A stretch of 64,000 nt of DNA, from positions 24,603,520 to 24,667,519 of the forward strand of contig OZ316893.1 in NCBI GenBank assembly GCA_973895155.1. The letters run 5' to 3'. A model generated the notes under the pieces. The model worked only from the letters and a program-made list of their open reading frames with translations, was not told the DNA's origin and searched no databases. The position numbers were made by a program, and so were the translations under genes. Numbering within the stretch: position 1 is the stretch's first letter; every line of letters starts with the position of its first letter. The stretch is from Marsupella aquatica. Its lineage: Eukaryota; Plantae; Marchantiophyta. Positions 27,091-38,132 of this stretch are shown here, piece by piece.

Positions 27091-28479
27091 GATTGTTCTA
27101 TACCTCATTAAGGGTGAAATGGGCTACAAATGGATGGTAAATCGCCTTTAATTTTCCATAGGCAATTTATTTGCATCTAAGTTACCACTGGTGGCGGGAA
27201 GCGCAAGTAAATCCAGCGCATTTTACGGGGAAACACTCCCGCAATATCGCTACACTATAAGGATGTCAGAAAAGTTATATCCTCATGCCCAAAGTTGACC
27301 TCGTTGTGCAGCTCCCGTGAGAAGGTATGATCAAGCTTGGAGTTTTGTGCTATGTTTGTTGCTATGTCCTACAGTTTGTTGTCCTTTAGTTTGCACTTTA
27401 CAACACCTTGTCTCTGTGCCCTCAGCCTGCACCTCACCTCTGTCTGCACCTTACTTAGTCTTGTGGCTGACAGCAGACAGCTCTGCACCTGCTCTTTCCA
27501 ACATTCGCTTTTCGCCTGCCATCTTGTGTCATTTTCTATTGCAATCCCTGGTTGTCTGGCTCACTTGCTTCTCTAATGTTTGTGGCATTCCTGGATATTC
27601 CAGGTTCAGTTGTCAAAGTGCTCAACGTCGCCTTGCGTATGAGCTTCAGTCAATCTTTTTTGGTGGCTTATTGTAATCAGTTAATTTAATACAACATATT
27701 CAATGAGCAAATGTGGATCCATGTCATTTAACAACTTCAATTTGTTTGCTTGAAATACTGTCGAGGCATACAATGTAATTGAATGGAATGAAGGTCCAAT
27801 GATGAAGTAAGGAAGCATCTGAGTCTAAGAAATGAGGCGTTTAATCTGGAGGAAATAACCAACAAGCTAGAAGATATAATTTTCATGTTGCACACTGCCC
27901 TTGCCGATTTAATTCATTGAATATGAGATTGAATCCCATGGAATAGCTCAAACATCCCAATAGTCCAAGGATACTCAATAAAATACTCGAGGCGCTATGT
28001 GTAAAACATGCAGCACTGAGGACTTAATTAGCCAATTAATTAAGTTTACCGATTTGTATTACTTGGCCCAATTAGTGTTACAAGAATCAGTCCTAGAATG
28101 CTACTTCTTTGCCTCTTGCTCCATAAATCTTACTTAGGAAAGATGGACTCCATAGACCCTTATGAGTCTTGGCTCCAAACTGTTGAACTCAATTCTTCTG
28201 ACTCCGAAGACCTTGACTATGACTTTGAAGTTGACCTCCCTCCTCCCATCACTCATGTCTATGAAGTACCCCAGTCCCTTCACGCACAAGATCATACCAT
28301 TCATCCTACTCATGGTGTGGAGGACTTGCCCCGCACGGATAATTCGCGCAGGGATCCGACAATTGATGTCAAAGAGTTGGTGGAGGAGGATGAACCAGCT
28401 CAGATTCTTCTCATACATTCAGGTGGTCCTAAACATAGTCTCCTTCAAGTTTGCCTTGGATTGGTCAAGTAAGGGAACC

Positions 28480-28945
28480 GTTCTTTACTTAAAGCCCATG
28501 ATGATTTTAACAACACAACCTCAAATTGTGCAGGGTTTGTTGATGGTCACGACCTAGAGACCTTGGCATCATACGACAAATCCCCCTTAACCCCCGCCTT
28601 AACCACTGATAATGCTATAGTTGCCCAATGTTGGTCAACTTTGTCACCATCCACAAAAATCATCCATGATTTTCCATGGAGGACATTGTGGGTAACAGCT
28701 AGGGACTGAATGTGGGTAGTGGTCAGCCTCTGTATAGACAACAAGTAAAGGTGATCCCAAGCTGCAGCCAAAGAAAGTGTGCTCACAATAGCATCCAACT
28801 TGTGGGCAAACTGTGCACTAACTGTTAACCATGGTATGTGGTTGAAGGGAATAGAGGATGGCTTCCATTCCTCAAGGAATTCAGCAATGGTTTGGTACTC
28901 GCTATCATAGGTGACCACATGGTCAGAACTACCAATGTCCATACG
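28480..28945 (-). pseudogene. DUF1917 / C11orf68 (Bles03, eIF4E-like fold) family remnant
   Basis: FLEEWKPS..IPWL..WD..IQSLAVTHNVLHGKSWMIFVDGDKVDQHWATIA..GDL..AKVS matches the family motif order as recalled; the expected C-terminal ICVYT/YKPD part is missing. Confidence 0.65.
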
Positions 28946-29981
28946 GAGGTAACAATCCTGCAAGGTAAGAATCCTGCAAGCAATAAGGAACAGGGTAGCA
29001 TGACTTATATAAGGTCCATCCGTAACCATACAACTGTATTTGAGAGTCCTTTTAGAAATCCTGGAATTTATGGTTCATGATTGTTTGAAGTGGAAGGAGA
29101 GTGGCTTAGGCATTTCAAGTTGGTGTTCAATGGTCTAGGGAAGTATGATAGAGATCACGTTGACATGGATCTGTCATTGATGTATGAATTTCAGGGACAT
29201 TCTAGCACAAATCAAAGCGTTGTGAGTAAGATGAGAAGCGCTATGAATCCTATGTAATAAAAAGATACAATCAAGTCTGAAATCATAAAAGTTTTGATTT
29301 GGAAGAGAAAGGAATTGGTAACGTCCTTAAGGGCGTAAGATCATTCATACAGCAACCCGGATGACCACGGTAAGGGGGACACGCAGGTTCCAGCAAAAAA
29401 AAAGTTTGACAATACGTACAGCAACGCAAAGCAACGAATACAAAATGCAAGAATTTAGCCAGATCAAGCTAAAATGCTATAGTGCAATGCAAGAATAGAA
29501 TCGCCAATGACAACAGCTCGGAAGGGGCATCGACAAGCAGCAAGAACTTTCCAACGTAGGCTTAACAACAGGTAAAGCAAGATTGGGGACAAAAGTCCAA
29601 CCTTGGACGTTTGAAGAAAGCACAACCTCAGCCCTTTCTTTCTTCTCAAGGACCGTTTTGTCTACCACACAATGAGGCGATGCTTCATAGCAACACTGTA
29701 CAACAGAAGGATTAGCTATGGGTTCCAAATTGAGTCAAATTTCAATGAAAAAGCGAAAGCGGAAGATTCCATGAAAACACTGGTCTCACCTTCTAGAGCA
29801 GGCATAAAGCTAACTCTGGCCTGTCACCGATGCCAAAATGAGAATGGATGGAGTGACCGGCTGAACAGACTCGTTGATCGGGAGATTGAACTGGAACTTA
29901 CTATCACAGGTCATATAACCATTTACAGGTCATTTTACGGACGGAATGGGAATGGGTATGAATAGTACCCAAACATATTTT

Positions 29982-30270
29982 TGTTGAGTATTGCTCTTAG
30001 TCTTGTGACTCTAGAGCTAACCATAGTTAGGCTAACTCAGGTTAGGACTTAGCTTAGATTAGCAGTGATGCATGCTGTATATAACCAGGGCTGATGCCAG
30101 CCCCTAGTGGATTCAGTTCATTGTTGGAGTGGGCAAGAGAGAAGTAAAGGTCTCTTGCTTTCCCGTGGACGTAGCCTCAATCGTGAGGTGAACCACGTAC
30201 TCACTATGTCGACTAATTTGTATGGTTTTCACATGTGCATGATGTCTTGGGATAGGGATTATCCCCAACA
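29982..30270 (+). mobile_element. 5' LTR of a Copia-type retrotransposon (truncated element)
   Basis: TGTTG...CAACA termini, TATATAA at ~30077, and a tRNA-iMet PBS TGGTATCAGAGC at 30273-30284. Non-coding internal sequence follows until the CACTA end at 31900. Confidence 0.8.
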
Positions 30271-31899
30271 AGTGGTATCAGAGCATGTCTAGGAGGTGAC
30301 ATTATGGTGACAAGAATTTCTTGTATAGTTGACGGTTTGAAGATCCTGAGAGTTTTTTGTTGCATGAAACTTGTTGGTGGTGGGCTCATTGGATAGATCG
30401 TTGAGAGGGCTTTCTAACGGTGGTTAGAAATCATCGATCGGGTTTCTGAATGAGGAGTAATCATAGAGAACGTTTCTTCTATGGAGTTTAATGTTTGACG
30501 GTATTTTTTGTGGGAGGGACTAGAGTTTGTTTTTTGCAACGGTGTGAGCTGTGCAGTGCGGGAGGCGTCGCATGTTATAGCTCAAGTTGTAAGTTGAAGC
30601 GAGCTGGCCGTTTTGGTACCTGGTTTGCTGGCGTTTGCAGTGCGAGTGTGACGTGACGAGTAGGAGTTGAGTTCTGGTTTTTTGACAAACTGTGGTGCTT
30701 GTTTTTCCTTGAACCGGGTTACTTGTCGTGACGCTTGACTCCAAGAAGCAAACGCAAAGTGCTACAGCTCAACGAAAAGATTGCAGCGAAGCACTTGTTT
30801 TGAGTCCAGGATTGGCACTTGACGCAGAGAGAGTGTGACTTGACGGAAGTTGTTTCTTTGCTATACTTGCAGACTGTGCCGGTGCAATTTGACAACTTTT
30901 TCCGTTAGCGATGGTCATTTCTCTTGTGCAAAGCAGCGGCATTTATGAACATATTTTTTCTTAAGGTCGTTTATGGTTTTAAGAGGGGTTTAGGGCATTT
31001 TTTGGTGTGTTTATACACACAAAAACGTGTGCATACACACACACACATTTTTCACCTAGCCCGGCTCGCATATGCGCCCCCTCCCTCGCAGCTGCTGCCC
31101 CCGACAACGGCCTCCCGGCTTGCAGCCCTGCCCTGCTTGTATGCGATTGCCGCCGCCTGTACGCGAATCCGCCTTGACCCGGACATACACGCTCCCCGTA
31201 CCCCTGCGCATACCCCCACCTGTGTAAGCTGACATGCATCGCGCATGTACGCGTGTGCGCATTTTTGAGCATATTTTTGCTAAGGGGCCTACAAGACCCC
31301 TTTAAGGGCCAATTTTCTTTGTTTTTCCTCGTCTCGTCTATTGGCAGTCCTGGGCCCGGTGACCCTCTATTTTAATTGCTCTGGCAGGGAGAACGGCCCC
31401 CTGTGAGCCCTGTTGTACTGTGCGGGGAATATCTGCAAAATAGAGAGTGTGTTTTTGGCCGCTAGTCAAAGATTCCAAGGTTCGAACGGTAACTTTTTTG
31501 GATATTTTTTGGCAAGGACGTAGCCACTGAAGTTAGCAACACAGCGCAATGATCGAATCACAATTCCAAAGACGGGTTGTACTTGGCATTTTGGTTATTC
31601 CCTGAGGTGATCAAAATAGGGGAGTTTCCCAAGGTTTTACCCACCCGACCAAAATTTGAATAAAATTTTGGTTGGATTTTGGTTTTGAATTTGATTTTCA
31701 GTGTTGGACTCCTAGCTTTGTGGTCTACACGGCGGTGTTGAGTTTTGAGTTTTTTGAGAAGTTGTGAAAAACAACATTTTTTTGTGATTTTCTCATATGA
31801 GTGACTCGGAGGAGACTGGGAGAATTGAAGTTGGTGAAGCTTCAAATTTGCGTCGGTCAGAAGTACTGTTTGAGAAAGAGCTTGTACCATTTGAGGAGG

Positions 31900-32890
31900 C
31901 ACTAGAAGAAAACAGGGCCCTCTATGACCAATCACCCAATGTCGGAGATGAATAAATGACCAAAATTTTTAATGACACAAAAAGAATGACAGGGGAATGA
32001 CTGCCCACAATCACCAATGGACTGAAATGACAAAATGTTAACTTTTGCGTCATTTTGTATTATGTCTGTAATGACTGATGTGACCAAAATGACCCAATTT
32101 CCCTAAATGGTCAATTTAGACACATGTCTTAAATAACGTAATTAATAACAATAATGATAAATCAGTATATAGCAACATTATAGTCACTTTGGACAATGAT
32201 TGAAATGACCAAAAATCTATTTGGGTCATTTTGGACAACGGTGATAAATGACAAAAAATGTATTACAGTCATTTTAACCAACGGTGTTAAATGACAAAAT
32301 ATAGGGTCAATCTGAAAATGAGAATATATCAGTGTTTATAACAACATATTGTCATTATGGACTTCTTCCATAAATGACTAACTCTAGGGTCAATCTTGAA
32401 ATTAGGACATATCAGTGTTTACAAGAACATACCGTCATTATGGACTTCTCTCATAAATGACTAACTCTAGGGTCAATCTTGAAATTAGGACATATTAGTG
32501 TTTACAAGAACATACCGTCATTATGGACTTCTCTCATAAATGACTAACTCTAGGGTCAATCTTGAAATTAAGACATATCAGTGTTTACAAGAACATACCG
32601 TCATTATGGACTTCTCTCATAAATGACTAACTCTAGAGTCAAACTTGAAATTAGGATATATCGGTGTTTACAACAACATACTGTCATTATGGACTTGTTG
32701 CATAAATGACTAAATATAGGGTCAATCTAAATATCATGATATATCAATGTTTACAATAACATACAGTCATTATGGACTTATTGCATAAATGACTACTTAT
32801 AGAGTCATTAAAGAACCCAAGAGATATGAAGATTAAAATATTCAATAGTCATTCCAGACACCGGTCATAATTGTAGAGTCATTGATATAG
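31900..32890. mobile_element. CACTA terminus with subterminal TGAC-rich repeats
   Basis: CACTAGAAGAAAAC at 31900 followed by dense AATGAC/GTCATT motifs; the matching opposite TIR was not found. Confidence 0.7.
32302..32810. repeat. Tandem array of ~6 x 83 bp
   Basis: TAG(G/A)GTCA unit starts at 32302, 32385, 32468, 32551, 32634, 32717 and 32800. Confidence 0.9.
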
Positions 32891-32911
32891 TTGATAACCC
32901 TTCCACTAACT

Positions 32912-34527
32912 AGTGCGGGACACAATACTCATCATTGGCCTCCCACTGGTTGGGGCATTAGCAATTTGAACACATGTCTTGCATTTACTTTAGGCATGAT
33001 GCACCTAGCTTTGGGGAAATCACCTTTGGAGTGATTTTCTAGAAGTGTCACCATATATAGATGCTCGCATATTATTGTATCCAAAGGCAAATGAAACATT
33101 TTTGTCTCTCCAAGAAGTAGGGCAATACCAATGGAAGGTTGTCATCCTTTGTTGTAATTGTGTCATGTTTGTGCCGGTGTTTGGATGGGGAATATTTTAA
33201 TTTGCAAATAAATAGTGATGGGGCATTCAAGGAGCTAGTGTAATCTTTATTGGGTCATTTCTAAAAATATTTGCATCACAAATACCAATGACTACAAGTA
33301 GGGTCATTAAATTTGTCATATGGACTGTCATATAAGTCAAGTGACTAGACTTGTGGTCATTTGTGTGGTCCCTCATGCAGTCATTAAACACAAGCACAAA
33401 TGACCAGTTTGGGGCTAGGGGCTGGAGGTGGGCCCTAGAGTGCATGGGGCCCCACATAGAGGTGAGAACCCCTCCACTGGGTGCGGGACACTATACTCAT
33501 CATTGTCCAACCACTAGTTGCGACATAAACACTTTGGACACATGTTTTTGTGTTTACTTGAGGCATGATGCACCTTTGGGGAAATCACTCCCAAGTCGTA
33601 CGACTTTGGAGTGATTTGCCAAAAGTGCAACCATGGATGTATACCATCACATCCAAAGGCAAATAAAAGTTGTTTTTTGGTTCTCCAAGAGGTAGTGCTG
33701 CACCAATGGAATGGGCAGGGGAGTCGTGCTTCTCTGCATGGTGTGGGTGCAGGATTAGGGTATAGGAATATTCCAACCTTGCAAGGAATCTAAAGCCGGC
33801 TCTCTTTGGAGGTACTAGGGCCTTTATTGGGTCATATGTGAGCAATTGCCCATCATAAATGCCAATTACTACAAGAAAGATCATTAAAATGGTCACATTG
33901 GATGTCATATAAGCAGAATGACCTAAATTATTGTCATTTGAGGGGTCCCTCATGCAGTCATTAAGGAAAAGCACAAATGACCAGTTTGACACTAGGGGCT
34001 GGAGGTGGGCCTTAGAGTGCCATGGGGCCCCACATAGAGGTGAGAACCCTTCCACTATGTGCGGGACACTATACTCATCATTGTCCAACCACTAGTTGCG
34101 ACATAAACACTTTGGACACATGTTTTTGCGTTTACTTGAGGCATGATGCATCTTTGGGGAAATCACTCCCAAGTCGTACGACTTTGGAGTGATTTGCCAA
34201 AAGTGTCAAATAGGCGCATACCATCACATCCAAAGGCAAATAAAAGTTGTTTTTTGGTTCTCCAAGAGGTAGTGCTCCACCAATGGAATGGGCAGGGGAG
34301 TCATGCTTCCTTGTGTGGTGTGGATGCGGGTTTAGAGAAGAGGAATATTCAGACCTTCCAAGGAATCTAAAGCGGGCTCTCTTTGGAGGTACTAGGGCCC
34401 CCATTGGGTCATTTTTGGGCAAAGTTGTGTCATAAGTGCCAATGACTATAAATAGGGTCATTGAAATTGTCATATAGGATGTCATATAAGTCAAATGACT
34501 GGACTTGTTGTCATTTGAAGGGTCCCT
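32912..34527. repeat. Tandem array of ~2.8 x 570-578 bp
   Basis: GTGCGGGACAC(A/T)ATACTCATCATTG recurs at ~32913, 33481 and 34059. Units 2 and 3 carry a ~42-bp palindrome (33578-33620, 34156-34198). Confidence 0.9.
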
Positions 34528-34853
34528 AAACATAGTGACGGACCAAACGAGAAGTGTGACCACACTTCTCATTTTGCCCACAGCAGAAAAAAATTCTAAG
34601 GCAAAAAAGTGTTGGATACTGAATTAGTATTCCCTCTAATAACCCAGATTTTTAGATTTTTAAAATGTAGGGATACGGCGTATCCCATTTCAGATCCCAC
34701 CGCAGTTTTCAAAAAAAACAAAAAACAAACGCAGTAAAAGGGGTGAGTACGGTTTACCCATCAAGAATATTCCTAGAGGATTCCTTTTAACGGTCACTTT
34801 TAATCGACTACGACAAAACTATGGTTAGAAACTGACCATGGTTGGGGGGAAAC

Positions 34854-34980
34854 TATAAATAGGAGAGCCCGACTCAATTTTTTTGTCTCATTTCTTCTTG
34901 CTCCCGCATTCGCTTGCTCTCGACGAATCCACAGTCTGTATGCATATTCGTATCCCCCAAGTCAGACTACAAAAACAGGT
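34854..34980 (+). promoter_or_regulatory. TATA box + leader exon + splice donor (cassette 1)
   Basis: GGGGGGAAAC-TATAAATAGGAGAGCCC...CTCATTTCTT...CAG|GTGAG; the donor is 125 bp after the TATA, the same spacing as cassette 2. Confidence 0.6.
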
Positions 34981-35011
34981 GAGTAATATATCTTTTTGGA
35001 AATCACGAGGA

Positions 35012-35314
35012 TGAATCCCAAATGGGATACGGCGTATCCGATTTGGGATTCAATCTTGAAAAATCCAGTTATGGCATGACGAAACATGAGAAAAAGAGGT
35101 TGGATGCCAAGTGGGATACCCGGTATCCCACTTCGCATCCAACCTCTACATAAGAAGCTCTTGTTTGAAAAATGCAGGAAATTTCAATGTTGAATGCGAA
35201 AGTGGGATACCCGGTATCCCATATGATATTCAACCTCTGAATATCAATCAGGTTAGGTCCGAAAGGCGAAGTTTGAATGCGAAGTGGGATACGGCGTATC
35301 CCTTCGGGTATTCA
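35012..35314. repeat. Periodic palindrome array 1 (4 copies of TGAATGCGAAGTGGGATAC-NNN-GTATCCCACTTCGCATTCA-like)
   Basis: Hairpins at 35012-35052, 35095-35147, 35189-35234 and 35273-35314, with centres 89, 91 and 82 bp apart. An extra core lies at 34670-34686. Confidence 0.9.
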
Positions 35315-35489
35315 ACAATAGCTTTTTTGCGATGGCGAAAGATATCTCAAGTATTGACAATGGTTTTGCAGGCTAGGTTCTGATTAACTTTGATAGAAGC
35401 TCTTGCTTCCTTTGAGCCTACCATTTTGGAGTGACGAACTATTAAAGCTTTAGCTTTCTTTGAGACTTACATTTTCAACCGTGAGTTCA

Positions 35490-35816
35490 ATGACGGTCCA
35501 GATTCAAAACCGAGATAAACGTGCCCGTCAATTGTATAAGAGATTAGTTGAACTCACAGTGCTTCCTGTTGGATTAGGAGCGCTTTGGATGGGAGGCGTA
35601 GATCCTCGAGATAGTCTCAATCCGCTCTGAATTGAGTTTTGAGAAAAGAATGAGCAAGGAGTTCCAATTTGGTCAAGAATTTATTTGAGTGGTTGTCTGC
35701 ATTATGTTGATTCTTTGTGTAATTATTGTCATGATGATCAAAACAAGTATCATCGATTGGCATACTTGTGTTGTCGAATTTGGAACGAAGATCCTTGGGT
35801 TAACTCTTCCCATTGA
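35490..35816 (+). pseudogene. Small Cys/His-rich orphan ORF with two internal TGA stops
   Basis: MTVQIQNRDKRARQLYKRLVEL...NPL*IEF*EKNEQGVPIWSRIYLSGCLHYVDSLCNYCHDDQNKYHRLAYLCCRIWNEDPW; both stops are compatible with CGA>TGA. Confidence 0.4.
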
Positions 35817-36026
35817 ATCTTTTTGATTCTTGGCTCACAAATATTTGGAGTCTTGTTCAGTATTCTTGGCTCACAAAGATTTAGACATGATGTTTTTCTT
35901 TTTCTTTTCTTCAATAAAGTAATTGAATCTTTTGATCCCGGTTTTGTAGGTTCTTCAAAAAGAGAACTTCTCTATTTTCTCTATCACTCCAGGTATTTCT
36001 TTTTTTTTGTGTCAAACTAGTTTGGA

Positions 36027-36536
36027 ATGGCCGTCCCTCAAAACCTTGTCTTCGCAAGGTTAGCGACCATATTTGAGAAAGAGAAGAAGAAACAAATTGA
36101 GCAGAAACAGGGCCGAAGAGAATCCGGACTACTTTTGGATGGACTTCCTGATGAGATTGTTGAAACATTCATATGGCCAATTTTGAAAGTTTCTTGCATC
36201 GAGGACGAATTTGATTCTTCCAAGATCTCGGCTGAAGACAAACTCAGCCGACTAAAAGAAATGATTTGGCTGGGATCCTCCTCAAAAAAATGGAACCAGC
36301 TTGTAGTTTGTACACAAGTATGGGGTCTCCTTCGACTAGCACGAAGCCAGTTTGAGGGATTAAAAGAATTGCTTGATCATAGCGTTCCCCATCGAGACCC
36401 ACTTCAGAATGTTCATCTCACAAACTTTTTTAGGATGAAAATTTTGAATCTTCCCCCAATTGATTTCCTTGGTTTGTTTTCGACATCAGAACTAAGTCAA
36501 TTTCAAGGGGACTGGGTAAATCTAGAGAAAGATTAG
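36027..36536 (+). CDS. Small F-box-like protein
   Basis: 169-aa ATG ORF with LLDGLPDEIVETFIWPIL...LGSSSKKWNQLV, which resembles the F-box LP.E....I...L...V(C/S)K.W..L motif with an insertion. Confidence 0.55.
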   Translation: MAVPQNLVFARLATIFEKEKKKQIEQKQGRRESGLLLDGLPDEIVETFIWPILKVSCIEDEFDSSKISAEDKLSRLKEMIWLGSSSKKWNQLVVCTQVWGLLRLARSQFEGLKELLDHSVPHRDPLQNVHLTNFFRMKILNLPPIDFLGLFSTSELSQFQGDWVNLEKD

Positions 36537-36920
36537 CAAGCCAGCCTAGTGGAAATATATGGACAGACTTGAGGGTTAGCTTGATTCATGTTCTATCATT
36601 CATGTTTAGGTATGCTCATGGTGAGCTACTTGTAAAAATGTTTTTCATGAATCAATATAATATCTTTTGTGGCACATCTTTGGGCCAAACTCAGATTCTC
36701 AACATATTGCCCTAGCTGGCTTCCAAACCTTTAGTTTCTCGTTGCCAATAGCATCCAAATGAGGGTATCCCATATCGGATTACCCCACTATATTTTTCCG
36801 TAAAACATTCTTCAAACACGGTCAAATGAAATGGTTGTAACGCATACTAGATTTGCCGCGAGTATTTCATGCGACTATTGCGAGTAACTAACTCCCTTGT
36901 TACGTAGTGAGGGGAAAAAG

Positions 36921-37047
36921 TATAAATAAGAGTGCCCCCCCGAAAAGGTACGCTCATTTCTTATCGCTTGCGCCACCTCTCCCTCTTTCCAAATCCTTGA
37001 TCTCTATAGATATTTGTATTCGCTCGGCAGACAATCCTTCACCAGGT
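36921..37047 (+). promoter_or_regulatory. TATA box + leader exon + splice donor (cassette 2)
   Basis: GGGGAAAAAG-TATAAATAAGAGTGCCC...CTCATTTCTT...CAG|GTGAG; donor at 37046, 125 bp after the TATA. Confidence 0.6.
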
Positions 37048-37089
37048 GAGAATACAGTCTACACTCCATTTTGAGACAAACTGGGAGGA

Positions 37090-37277
37090 TGAATCCGGAG
37101 TGGGATACCGCGTATCCCACTTCGCATTCACTTTGGCCAAATTCTTGTTTGAGAAGGAAAACGCACTGAGATTTGGGGATGAATACGAAGTGGGATACCC
37201 TGTATCCCACTTCGCATTCAACATGCAAATCTTCAAAGTTTTTCATATTTCTCAGCGCAACTAAGGGGTTGAATACT
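37090..37277. repeat. Periodic palindrome array 2 (2 copies plus a third cut by the CACTA insertion)
   Basis: Hairpins at 37090-37130 and 37180-37220 (90-bp period). The next unit starts TGAATAC at 37270, again 90 bp later, and is interrupted by CACTA at 37278. Confidence 0.88.
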
Positions 37278-38132
37278 CACTAGAAGAATCCGAGGTGAAC
37301 TGAGACCGCAATATATGACTCATTTTGGCTCATGTGACTTCATTGTGACTCAACGTGACTTGACCCACGCTGTGACCCTTGGAGTTGCAAAAGTTGAGAC
37401 CAAAAAATGGAAGTCACTATTGATACTGGGCTTTGCAACTTGCTTGATACCCATTTGTGACTGATCTGTGACTTTATTGTGGAGTCTAGCCTTGTTTCGA
37501 CGTGACTGCAATATGACTTCAGCGAGTCACATCGTAAGTCACATACATGACTTACCCGCATTCAACAACGACTAGCGTGTGACTATTTAGTGTCACAGGA
37601 GAGACCAATGGAGACCCTGGCCCGCGTCACACAACAGAACCATTTGGGACTCTATATACTCATGTTTATAACTAATAAGGTTCACATGCAAGTTATAACC
37701 ATGACTAATGAACACAGAGGGACAGTTCATAAGGAGAGAGAGCACTCGACATTACAATACATAGAAACCTGATGTTCTAACTTTAGAAATATAACACATT
37801 GAATACAAGAAATGAACATAGCATGAATGACATCCACATGAAACAAAGCATCATATAAGCAGATCCTACATAAAACATTCATAAGAATTAAACACAATCA
37901 CAATCTTGCTAAAAAATGAAGATCATTTGAATTCCAATGGAATAGTTTACAATGTGATCAATGTAATTTAGACAAAACAGGAACTCATAATTGATGACTG
38001 TAGGATGAGATAACTGAAAGCACATGCATGATACTATGAATCTCCAAGAGGACATGATTCTTGTACTGCTTCTTGACATCTAAAATCTACATAACATGAC
38101 TCACACTACAAACAAATAATGGCATGACATTG

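Noticed and set aside
34531-34537. CATAGTG as the right end of the 31900 CACTA (or a Transib-like end)
   Set aside because: Matches the left TIR only over CACTA, and the flanking 3 bp do not reproduce the AGG TSD.
33227-34581. Similar 76-167-aa ORFs resembling a gene family
   Set aside because: They are translations of the ~575-bp tandem repeat, with inconsistent starts and frames.
35012-37277. Calling the palindrome arrays a true CRISPR
   Set aside because: Eukaryotic context, no cas genes, repeats diverge from each other and two spacers share sequence. Kept only as a CRISPR-like layout.
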